Origin: Candidatus Altiarchaeales archaeon IMC4
GTDB taxonomy: Archaea; Altiarchaeota; Altiarchaeia; IMC4
Assembly: GCA_001742785.1 (NCBI GenBank)
Contig: MCBF01000001.1
Location: 127,224-139,323 of the forward strand
Length of the DNA stretch: 12,100 nucleotides
Direction of reading: 5' to 3'
Numbering within the stretch: the first letter of the stretch is position 1; each line of letters begins with the position of its first letter. Of the stretch, positions 1-6,487 are shown piece by piece. Below the pieces are notes generated by a model, which saw only the letters and a list, made by a program, of their open reading frames with translations, had not been told where the DNA came from and did no database searches. The position numbers were made by a program, and so were the translations under genes.

Positions 1-64
1 GCTTTTCCTGTGGTTTTAGCTTTTCCTGTGGTTTTAGCTTTTCCTGTGGTTTTGGCTTTTCTTG
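1..64. repeat. 18-bp coding tandem repeat (GCTTTTCCTGTGGTTTTA), at least 3.5 copies
   Basis: Copies at 1-18, 19-36, 37-54 (last base G) and a partial copy at 55-64. Encodes QEKLKP/QEKPKP on the minus strand. It may continue beyond the window edge. Confidence 0.95.
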
Positions 65-436
65 TTGGGCTGGCAACCTAATTCCGCGCAGAGCGAATTG
101 CTGCCTCTTTTTCTCGGCGGTCCGCCGCTTCATGACATCCAGCAACTGGTCTACCTTGCGCACCTCGCCAGTCTGGGCCGCCTCCTTTGCCTCTTCAGTT
201 ACCGCCTCGTGGGCCGCAGTGCCCTCAAAATTTTTCCCCTTCCTGAGAATCGCGTCACCGACTAGGGAAAATTTTATCTCGATTATGTCCCTGTCCTGGA
301 GTATCTTTGCGAGAGTGGTCATGGACGCACGGTCGAGGTTCAGCGCCTTAGCTGCATCTGACAGCTTAACCTCTCCCTTCTCAGAGATCAGCCCTATCAG
401 GTCGTCGAGCGTGGTCTTGATTTTTGTGTACGGCAT
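1..436 (-). CDS. Hypothetical protein with N-terminal winged-helix-like domain and QEKLKP repeats (3'-partial, runs off the window start)
   Basis: Not in the ORF track because no stop is in the window. Manual translation from ATG at 436 is open to base 2: MPYTKIKTTLDDLIGLISEKGEVKLSDAAKALNLDRASMTTLAKILQDRDIIEIKFSLVGDAILRKG...RLPAQQEKPKPQEKLKPQEKLKPQEK. The pattern 'LSDAAKALNL....MTTLAKILQDRDIIEI' fits a wHTH fold (recognised by eye). Confidence 0.8.
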   Translation of the reverse strand, partial: MPYTKIKTTLDDLIGLISEKGEVKLSDAAKALNLDRASMTTLAKILQDRDIIEIKFSLVGDAILRKGKNFEGTAAHEAVTEEAKEAAQTGEVRKVDQLLDVMKRRTAEKKRQQFALRGIRLPAQQEKPKPQEKLKPQEKLKPQEK

Positions 437-482
437 TTTGATGTCTGCATATTATTACATTAAAATTATTACAGGTAGGTTA

Positions 483-1397
483 TTATATCTGTCCTGCCCG
501 GTACAAAAACTGGTACGCGCTTTCCGGCGGTATCGCCCCCCGCTCGGTTATGATTGCGGTTATGTTGTATGCAGGGGTTACATCAAATGCGGGGTTCCTT
601 ATTTTAACTTTTGATATCGTCGTCACCTCGGCCGGGTCGCGCTCCTCTATTTCAACGTATTTCCCGAAAAGGCTCTCCGAGGAGAATTTTATGGACTGGG
701 CGGCAACGAAGAAGGGTATTTCCATAGCGTGCGCGCATATTGCGACCTGCGAGGTTCCTATCTTGTTCACGACGTCGCCGTTCGCGTATATCGTGTCGGC
801 CCCGACGAAAACCTTGTCCACCTTCAGTTCTTTCATCATCAAGTGGACGGCCGAGTCTACTATTAGTGTAACCGGCAGTCCATGAGTTGACAGTTCCCTT
901 GCGCTGATATGGCCTTGGTTTCTCGGCCTTGATTCCGTGCACACAACGCTTATCTTCTTGCCGTCAAAATGCGCCTTTTTCAGTATCTCCATTACCGTGT
1001 CGGAATTGCAGTGCGTCAGTATGGTGTCGCCGTCCTCGATAATCTCCGCGCCGATTTCTGCTATATGGGCTATCGCCTTTTCCTGTTTTGTGATAAAGTC
1101 CTCGATTTTAGAGGCCATTGTTTTTTTGAATTTTGCGGCGCCCATATGCCGGTTTGCCTCCGCCTCCGAAAGGACATAATCGACGGAATTAGGAAGCGAA
1201 ATCGCCGTCGGCCTTGCTTTTTTTAATTTCTCGCCTGCAGACGCAAGGTGGGCCGTTATTTCCGTTGTGTTACCCCGCGCTTTTTTCACAAACTCCTCAA
1301 GAGCGCCGGCCGCAGCCATTGCGATGTCCATCGCGCCGCGAACCTGCATTGTTTTTATTTTCTCGTAGGTATCATCGATCACATTTGAGTTTTGCAT
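483..1397 (-). CDS. e2b2: Ribose-1,5-bisphosphate isomerase (eIF-2B alpha/beta/delta family)
   Basis: 304 aa with motifs MQVRGA, ARPTAISLPN, ILTHCNS (catalytic Cys), ESRPRNQG, VGADTI (catalytic Asp), NKIGT and NPAFDVTP. The short N-terminus and the lack of the 'HCNxGxLAT' segment of MtnA favour R15P isomerase. Confidence 0.85.
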   Translation of the reverse strand: MQNSNVIDDTYEKIKTMQVRGAMDIAMAAAGALEEFVKKARGNTTEITAHLASAGEKLKKARPTAISLPNSVDYVLSEAEANRHMGAAKFKKTMASKIEDFITKQEKAIAHIAEIGAEIIEDGDTILTHCNSDTVMEILKKAHFDGKKISVVCTESRPRNQGHISARELSTHGLPVTLIVDSAVHLMMKELKVDKVFVGADTIYANGDVVNKIGTSQVAICAHAMEIPFFVAAQSIKFSSESLFGKYVEIEERDPAEVTTISKVKIRNPAFDVTPAYNITAIITERGAIPPESAYQFLYRAGQI

Positions 1398-1411
1398 CTT
1401 TAATTCGTCAG

Positions 1412-1424
1412 TATATAATTTAAA
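1412..1424. promoter_or_regulatory. Putative overlapping divergent TATA boxes for two probably leaderless genes
   Basis: TATATAATTTAAA lies in a 45-bp gap between divergent ATGs at 1397 (-) and 1443 (+). It reads TATATAA on + and TTTAAAT on -, each starting about 27-31 bp before its start codon. Confidence 0.5.
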
Positions 1425-1442
1425 CCGCCGAAATTATAATAT

Positions 1443-2363
1443 ATGAAATCTGCCGTTGTACTTTTTCTGGTTGGTTTGGTCTTTTTGTCCGGCTGCATTG
1501 AAAAAATAGAAAATTTTTCCAACGCTCCCGAAGATACATCCCCTGTTAAAATTGCATGCTACAACAATTCCGGCTGTGGAAATGACGCATATGTGCGCGA
1601 GCCTTACTGCATCGGCGGAAATGTCGCATGGGACTTTGAGACGCACTACTGCGAGAACCCCGGTAAAAACGACTCCATGTGTTACGATTTCGTAAAGACG
1701 CATGTGATAGAGGAATGCGGGGATAATTACATGTGCATAAACGGCAGTTGTGTGAAATCAACATGCTCGGACGGTATCCAAAACCAGAATGAAACTGGTG
1801 TGGATTGCGGGGGGCCGTGCTTGGCATGCCCCAACTGCTCGGACGGTATCCAAAACCAGAATGAAACTGGTGTGGATTGCGGGGGGCCGTGCGCATTATG
1901 CCAGTGCTTCAACGGGGTTCAGGACCCGAACGAAATCAGGGTGGATTGCGGGGGCTTCTGCCCGCAGTGCCCAAGCTGCTTCGACAAAGTAAAAAACCAG
2001 AACGAGACGGATATGGATTGCGGCGGAAATTGCAATAAATGCCCTGTCGGCATGGTGTGCAGATCAAGCAGCGATTGCGCAACAAATTACTGCAATTACG
2101 ATGGGATATGTGCCGCCCCATCCTGCAGCGACGGTATCGCGAACGGTTTTGAAACAGGCACCGACTGCGGAGGGCCTTGCAAAAAGTGCCCTGCGTGTTA
2201 TTTCGATTTTGAATGCGGGCAGGAAAGTGCTCTAGGCGACGAATATTGTGAAAGCGGTCACATAACAAGGAAATTCATAAAACCGGTTTGCGCGTGGTCA
2301 GGTAAAGAAAATGCTGTATGCAACAATGCAACAATAGTGAAGACTTGGGACACTGCGTGCTAA
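1443..2363 (+). CDS. Secreted/lipid-anchored cysteine-rich repeat protein (C-x-D/N-x6-E-x3-DCGG-x-C repeats)
   Basis: Signal peptide with lipobox-like FLSGC, 39 Cys in 306 aa, five DCGG repeats (e.g. CSDGIQNQNETGVDCGGPC twice) and nine N-x-S/T sequons. The stop overlaps the convergent HD gene stop at 2360-2363. Confidence 0.85.
   Translation: MKSAVVLFLVGLVFLSGCIEKIENFSNAPEDTSPVKIACYNNSGCGNDAYVREPYCIGGNVAWDFETHYCENPGKNDSMCYDFVKTHVIEECGDNYMCINGSCVKSTCSDGIQNQNETGVDCGGPCLACPNCSDGIQNQNETGVDCGGPCALCQCFNGVQDPNEIRVDCGGFCPQCPSCFDKVKNQNETDMDCGGNCNKCPVGMVCRSSSDCATNYCNYDGICAAPSCSDGIANGFETGTDCGGPCKKCPACYFDFECGQESALGDEYCESGHITRKFIKPVCAWSGKENAVCNNATIVKTWDTAC
1764..1892 (+). repeat. Exact 57-bp direct repeat with 72-bp period inside the Cys-rich gene
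   Basis: 1764-1820 and 1836-1892 are identical (TGCTCGGACGGTATCCAAAACCAGAATGAAACTGGTGTGGATTGCGGGGGGCCGTGC). Confidence 0.95.
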
Positions 2364-3559
2364 TAGAACTTCTTCAGCATCGTCTGCGAGTACTGGATGT
2401 ATTTTTCGGCGTCAAATCCTTTTGTTTTGTCAAGGTATTTCGGGTCGACGTACACATAAAAAATCAACTTGTCTGACTCGGAGCGCTCAAGGGCCTTTGC
2501 AAGGCTCGAAACCTCGTCTATGCGCCTCATCTCACCCTCGCAGTCAACGAGTATGCGGAACTCCGACATCTTGGTTTTTGGCATGTCGATGAGGACCGAC
2601 CCGCGCTCTACCCCGATGTCGTCTGCTATCTTGTTATCTATCTCGACCTGCCTTTTTTTTGCATCCTCCCTGAAGCTCTCAAGCAATAGGGATACGTTTT
2701 CTTTGAAGAACCTCTTGAACAGAAGGCGGCGGTCTATGCGACCCATTATGCCCCGCGAATAAGTGCCGGAATTTCTCAACGAATGAACGAGGTCTATGTC
2801 GTCCATCTTTAGTATGCTGTCGTGGCGCATGCCTTCTTCAAACGCAGATTGTATCGCCCTGCGGAACATTGCCTCCGCAATCCTTTTCGTGTGGTGGCGG
2901 TAAACGGTCTGGTACATCATGTTGCGGTTTATCAAAAGGGATTCCGCCGCCTCGAGGCCGCGGCGGTCTACGACAATTTCCCGGCCGACCAGTTTTATGC
3001 TGCTGATTATGCGGTCCAGGTCGATAACACCGTATGCGACGCCCGCATAATACGAATCCCTTATCAGGTAGTCCATCCTGTCAACGTCTATTTCAGAGGA
3101 TATCACCTTCCCCAGATTGCCCCTACCCATGACCATTTCCGCTATGACGCTTGGGTTCATGCCGTGCGCCTTGAGTATGTCGGACAGCTCTGTGGTTTTT
3201 ATTAACTCTGAAGAGCGCTCCTCGTGCGGCACCCCGAACTTCGCTATAAGTTCGTCCAGTGTGTGCGAGAACGGGTAGTGGCCGACGTCGTGCAGAAGCC
3301 CTGCAACGCGAAGCATCTCCCAGTCATCGTAATGCACCCCCAGTTGGTCCGCAACGCGGCCTGCGAGGTGCATAACCCCCAGCGAGTGCTCAAAGCGCGT
3401 AGAATTCATCGCAGGATAGACCAGGTAACAGAACCCGTTCTGCTTTATGTTCCTAAGGCGCTGCACCTGCGGCGTGTCTAAAACCGCAACCTCAAGATCG
3501 GTAAGGGTTATGTTGCCGTGTATCGGGTCGCGGACAACCTTTGTCTCCTTCAGGGCCAT
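2360..3559 (-). CDS. HD-superfamily phosphohydrolase, SAMHD1/dNTP triphosphohydrolase-like
   Basis: Motifs VRDPIHG, QRLRNIKQNG, TRFEHSLGVMHLA, GLLHDVGHYPFSH, IDVDRMDYLIRD and MYQTVYRH. The start was moved from 3673 to ATG 3559 (MALKETKVVRDPIHG, AGGT just upstream) because the longer extension overlaps the hsp20 promoter. 399 aa. Confidence 0.9.
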   Translation of the reverse strand: MALKETKVVRDPIHGNITLTDLEVAVLDTPQVQRLRNIKQNGFCYLVYPAMNSTRFEHSLGVMHLAGRVADQLGVHYDDWEMLRVAGLLHDVGHYPFSHTLDELIAKFGVPHEERSSELIKTTELSDILKAHGMNPSVIAEMVMGRGNLGKVISSEIDVDRMDYLIRDSYYAGVAYGVIDLDRIISSIKLVGREIVVDRRGLEAAESLLINRNMMYQTVYRHHTKRIAEAMFRRAIQSAFEEGMRHDSILKMDDIDLVHSLRNSGTYSRGIMGRIDRRLLFKRFFKENVSLLLESFREDAKKRQVEIDNKIADDIGVERGSVLIDMPKTKMSEFRILVDCEGEMRRIDEVSSLAKALERSESDKLIFYVYVDPKYLDKTKGFDAEKYIQYSQTMLKKFY

Positions 3560-3615
3560 GGTTATACCTGTGTATCTTGGAAATAAAAGTGAGATATGGG
3601 GGAGGGAGACCGAAC

Positions 3616-3649
3616 CGAAAGCTTTATATACAAGCAAACCCAGTAATAA
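3616..3649 (+). promoter_or_regulatory. hsp20 promoter: BRE-like CGAAA, TATA box TTTATATA and conserved downstream element
   Basis: CGAAAGC-TTTATATA-CAAGCAAACCCAGTAATAA. Bases 3623-3649 match 4715-4741 at 26 of 27 positions. An SD-like GGGGTGAT lies at 3712-3719. Confidence 0.8.
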
Positions 3650-3727
3650 TAACGCAACCTTTTTTCTTTTCAAAAAGAAAAAACGTTGATGAAAAAAGAA
3701 AACGATTTAGTGGGGTGATAAAATAAA

Positions 3728-4264
3728 ATGATACCATCCAAAAAAAGAAACCCGTTCGGCCTTTTCGGCCCGGACTTCATGGCCGGCATTGAAGAGGAAC
3801 TTGCAATGATGCAGGAAAACATCGAGCGCATTATGAGCGAAACAATGAGCATGGAACCCGGCGAGGGCGGACCCTTTGTCTGGGGGTTCTCCATGAGAAC
3901 GGGGCCTGACGGCAAGTCCGTAATCAACGAATTCGGGAATGTGCCGGCCGCAGGGAATGCCATCGAGGCAAGCGACATAGAAGCCGACGAGCGCGAGCCG
4001 CTGGTCGATGTCATAGAGGGCGAAAGGGAGGTAACGGTAATCGCCGAACTTCCGGGCATACGGAAAGAGGACATAGATTTGAGCGTTTCCGATTGCTTAA
4101 TGTCAATAATAGCGGATACCCCTGATAGGAAGTACCACAAGGAAGTGGCGCTTCCGTGCGAGGTAATGCTAGGGGATGTCAAGGCAAACTACAAGAACGG
4201 GGTTTTGGAAGTAAGAATCCCGAAGGCGGGGGTACCCAAGGGGAAGAAGGTTAAGGTCGAATAG
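3728..4264 (+). CDS. hsp20: Archaeal small heat-shock protein (Hsp20/alpha-crystallin family)
   Basis: GPFVWGFSMRTGPDGK..INEFGN, REPLVDVIE, VIAELPGI.KEDI, ANYKNGVLEV and a C-terminal V-x-V (KVKVE) motif. SD-like sequence upstream. Confidence 0.96.
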   Translation: MIPSKKRNPFGLFGPDFMAGIEEELAMMQENIERIMSETMSMEPGEGGPFVWGFSMRTGPDGKSVINEFGNVPAAGNAIEASDIEADEREPLVDVIEGEREVTVIAELPGIRKEDIDLSVSDCLMSIIADTPDRKYHKEVALPCEVMLGDVKANYKNGVLEVRIPKAGVPKGKKVKVE

Positions 4265-4286
4265 AAGATATAAGGGGTTTTGGTTT

Positions 4287-4324
4287 GGGAGGGTTGCTGT
4301 TGCAACCCGCCCTGTTTTTCTTTT
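4287..4324 (+). terminator. Putative terminator after hsp20 (GC hairpin followed by T-tract)
   Basis: GGGAGGGTTGC-TGTT-GCAACCCGCCC followed by TGTTTTTCTTTT. Confidence 0.6.
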
Positions 4325-4348
4325 GGGGACAATTTCTTTTGGGGACAA
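4317..4348. repeat. Perfect 16-bp tandem duplication TTTCTTTTGGGGACAA x2
   Basis: 4317-4332 and 4333-4348 are identical and sit at the left boundary of the palindromic array. Confidence 0.9.
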
Positions 4349-4705
4349 GCGAAACACGTTCCTTGTGAGTCTGTTGACTCACGGGATAAGCGTTTCGCTT
4401 TTTAGCGAAACGACACCCTGTGAATCCAATGGATTCACGTGGGTACCCTTTTCCTTACAGGAAAATGCTTATCGTGTTTCGGTGTCCCGAAACTGCGTTG
4501 CAGTTTCGTGGACGCGACACCTCCCGCGTTTGCCTCGTAGGCAAACGGGGCACAAACAAATGCGGAGCACTTCCTCGTGTTCGCAGGGCGAACACGAGAC
4601 ATCGTTTCGGTAGCAACCGAAACGCTTGTGTTGTGCAGAAACTTTTCACAAGTTTCTTGCACCATTTGCCAAAGGCAAATGCTTGTTTCTTTTCCTAAAA
4701 AGAAA
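4342..4705. repeat. Mosaic array of palindromic double-hairpin units (REP/BIME-like element or structured ncRNA)
   Basis: Perfect stems of 7-11 bp with 3-5 nt loops at 4365-4382, 4391-4412, 4420-4438, 4449-4465, 4488-4508, 4527-4547, 4574-4598, 4603-4624, 4637-4657, 4663-4681 and 4686-4705. Recurring linkers are CAC(Y)TTCCT, GGATAC-like and CTTRT. No credible protein in any frame. Confidence 0.85.
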
Positions 4706-4714
4706 AAGGGTTCA

Positions 4715-4741
4715 TTTATATACAACCAAACCCAGTAATAA
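4715..4741 (+). promoter_or_regulatory. Thermosome promoter: TATA box and conserved element shared with hsp20
   Basis: TTTATATACAACCAAACCCAGTAATAA. SD-like AGGTGA at 4769-4774 precedes ATG 4785. Confidence 0.8.
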
Positions 4742-4784
4742 CTCCACCGAATTTTACTAAAAATAAAAAGGTGAACAAACGAAA

Positions 4785-6428
4785 ATGGCACAACAACAAC
4801 CGATATTTATTTTGCCCGAGGGGGCGTTTAGGACGACTGGGAGGGATGCCCAGAGGAACAACATCGCAGCCGCAAAGGCGGTTGCCGAGACTGTAAGGAC
4901 GACACTTGGCCCGAGGGGGATGGACAAGATGCTGGTTGACACGCTTGGTGACATAACGATCACGAACGACGGGGCAACCATCGTCGAGGAGATGAACGTC
5001 GAGCACCCTGCCGCCAAGATGGTCGTAGAGGTTGCAAAGACGCAGGACAGCGAGGTCGGCGACGGCACGACCACTGCGGTCGTTTTGACCGGCGAGTTTC
5101 TTTCGAATTCCGAGAAGCTTCTGGACCAGAGGATACACCCGTCGATAATCGCACGGGGATACCGCATGGCCGCAAAGAAGGCGCATGATATCCTTCCCAA
5201 GATGAGCACGTCCGTTACGCTAAAGGACGAAAAGCTTCTTAGGGAAATAGCGGAGACCGCGATGACAGGTAAGGGCGCGGAGGCCGCAAAAGAGGGGCTC
5301 TCGGAACTCTGCGTCGGCGCCATAATGCAGATAGCAGAAGTGAACAACGGCGTTGTAACCGCCGACCTGGACAACGTTCAGGTTGAAAAGAAGGCGGGGG
5401 GCAGTACTTCCGATTCCGAACTCATACGCGGGATAATCGTTGACAAGGAGCGCGTACACTCGAGGATGCCGAAGAGGGTTGCAAACGCGAAGATAGCGCT
5501 TCTGGACTCGGCAATTGAAATCAGCAAGACCGAGACCGACGCAAAGATCAGCATAACCTCCCCCGACCAGATCCAGGCGTTTGTCGCGCAGGAGGAAAAG
5601 ATGCTCAAGGACATGGTCGACGTTGTCGTAAAAAGCGGCGCTAACGTCCTTTTCTGCCAGAAGGGGGTAGACGACCTGGCACAGCACTTCCTTGCAAAGG
5701 CAGGGATACTTGCGATAAGGCGCGCCAAGAAATCCGACATGGAAAAGCTGGCAAAGGCCACCGGGGCAAGCATAGTGACAAGCGTGAAGGAGTTAGGAAA
5801 AGCAGACCTCGGTTTTGCAAAGACCGTCGAGGAGGTAAAGATAGCGGGCGACGAGATGATATTCGTCAGGGACTGCAAGAACCCGAAGGCTGTCAGCCTT
5901 CTTATCCGCGGCGGGACAGAGCACGTGATTGACGAGGTCGAAAGGGCTGTAAAGGACGCGCTCGGAGGCGTTGCAGCTGCCCTTGAGGTCGGCAAGATCG
6001 TCGCAGGGGGCGGTGCACCTGAGATCGAGCTGGCAAAGCAGTTGCGAGAGTACGCAGACACCGTCGGCGGACGAGAGCAGCTGGCAATAGATGCCTTCGC
6101 AGACGCCGTTGAGATAATCCCGAGGACGCTTGCAGAAAGCGCGGGGATGGACGCAATTGACACATTGGTCAAGCTTCGCGCAGAACACGAAAAAGGCAAC
6201 AAGAATACCGGTGTTGATGTAAACAACGGCAGAACCGCTGACATGTGGAAGCTCGGCATAATTGAGCCCCTGAAGATAAAGACGCAGGCGGTGCAGTCAG
6301 CAGCCGAAGCCGCGGAAATGATACTGCGGATTGACGATGTTATCGCGACCAAGAGCTCGGGCGGCGGCATGGGCGGAATGCCCCCCGGGGGAATGGGCGG
6401 CGGCATGGGTGGAATGGGAGATATGTAG
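4785..6428 (+). CDS. ths: Thermosome subunit (group II chaperonin)
   Basis: 547 aa with [52 protein letters not shown] and a GGM-repeat tail. Confidence 0.99.
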   Translation: MAQQQPIFILPEGAFRTTGRDAQRNNIAAAKAVAETVRTTLGPRGMDKMLVDTLGDITITNDGATIVEEMNVEHPAAKMVVEVAKTQDSEVGDGTTTAVVLTGEFLSNSEKLLDQRIHPSIIARGYRMAAKKAHDILPKMSTSVTLKDEKLLREIAETAMTGKGAEAAKEGLSELCVGAIMQIAEVNNGVVTADLDNVQVEKKAGGSTSDSELIRGIIVDKERVHSRMPKRVANAKIALLDSAIEISKTETDAKISITSPDQIQAFVAQEEKMLKDMVDVVVKSGANVLFCQKGVDDLAQHFLAKAGILAIRRAKKSDMEKLAKATGASIVTSVKELGKADLGFAKTVEEVKIAGDEMIFVRDCKNPKAVSLLIRGGTEHVIDEVERAVKDALGGVAAALEVGKIVAGGGAPEIELAKQLREYADTVGGREQLAIDAFADAVEIIPRTLAESAGMDAIDTLVKLRAEHEKGNKNTGVDVNNGRTADMWKLGIIEPLKIKTQAVQSAAEAAEMILRIDDVIATKSSGGGMGGMPPGGMGGGMGGMGDM

Positions 6429-6431
6429 ATC

Positions 6432-6482
6432 AAGTGGGCATTTAGCCCACTTTTTTAATTTTTTATTTTTCTTTTTTATTTT
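6432..6482 (+). terminator. Putative terminator/attenuator after the thermosome gene
   Basis: AAGTGGGC-ATTTA-GCCCACTT hairpin followed by long oligo-T tracts, ending just before the grpE ATG. Confidence 0.7.
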
Positions 6483-6487
6483 CAAAA

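Noticed and set aside
465..490. Possible third copy of the heat-shock element on the minus strand (ATATAATAACCTACCTGTAATAA)
   Set aside because: Only GTAATAA aligns without gaps, in AT-rich sequence overlapping a stop codon, so chance is likely.
62..614. Plus-strand ORFs 62-265 and 132-614
   Set aside because: They are antisense shadows of the minus-strand wHTH-like gene and the R15P isomerase gene.
3560..3673. 38-aa hydrophobic N-terminal extension of the HD protein (apparent signal peptide)
   Set aside because: It starts at a non-ATG codon, overlaps the hsp20 promoter, and the family domain begins right after ATG 3559.
4385..4576. RNase P RNA, SRP RNA, hammerhead ribozyme or tRNA in the structured spacer
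   Set aside because: Minus-strand GAGGAAGTGCTCCGC loosely recalls the RNase P P4 5' strand, but no complementary 3' P4 strand was found. I saw no SRP helix-8 motif, no hammerhead CTGATGA core and no tRNA T-loop consensus. An Rfam scan would settle this.
4342..4705. CRISPR array (recurring GAAAC/GTTTC motifs, ~60-bp period)
   Set aside because: There are no identical 25-40 bp repeats alternating with unique spacers. The variable parts are self-complementary stems, and no cas genes are in the window.
4169..4791. Short ORFs across the hsp20-ths spacer (4169-4357, 4323-4613, 4420-4698, 4435-4791, 4455-4649)
   Set aside because: They overlap one another and known genes or promoters, show no recognisable motifs, and the region is better explained by palindromes.
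6360..6420. GGCGGCATG-type repeats at the end of the thermosome gene
   Set aside because: This is the ordinary GGM tail of chaperonins.
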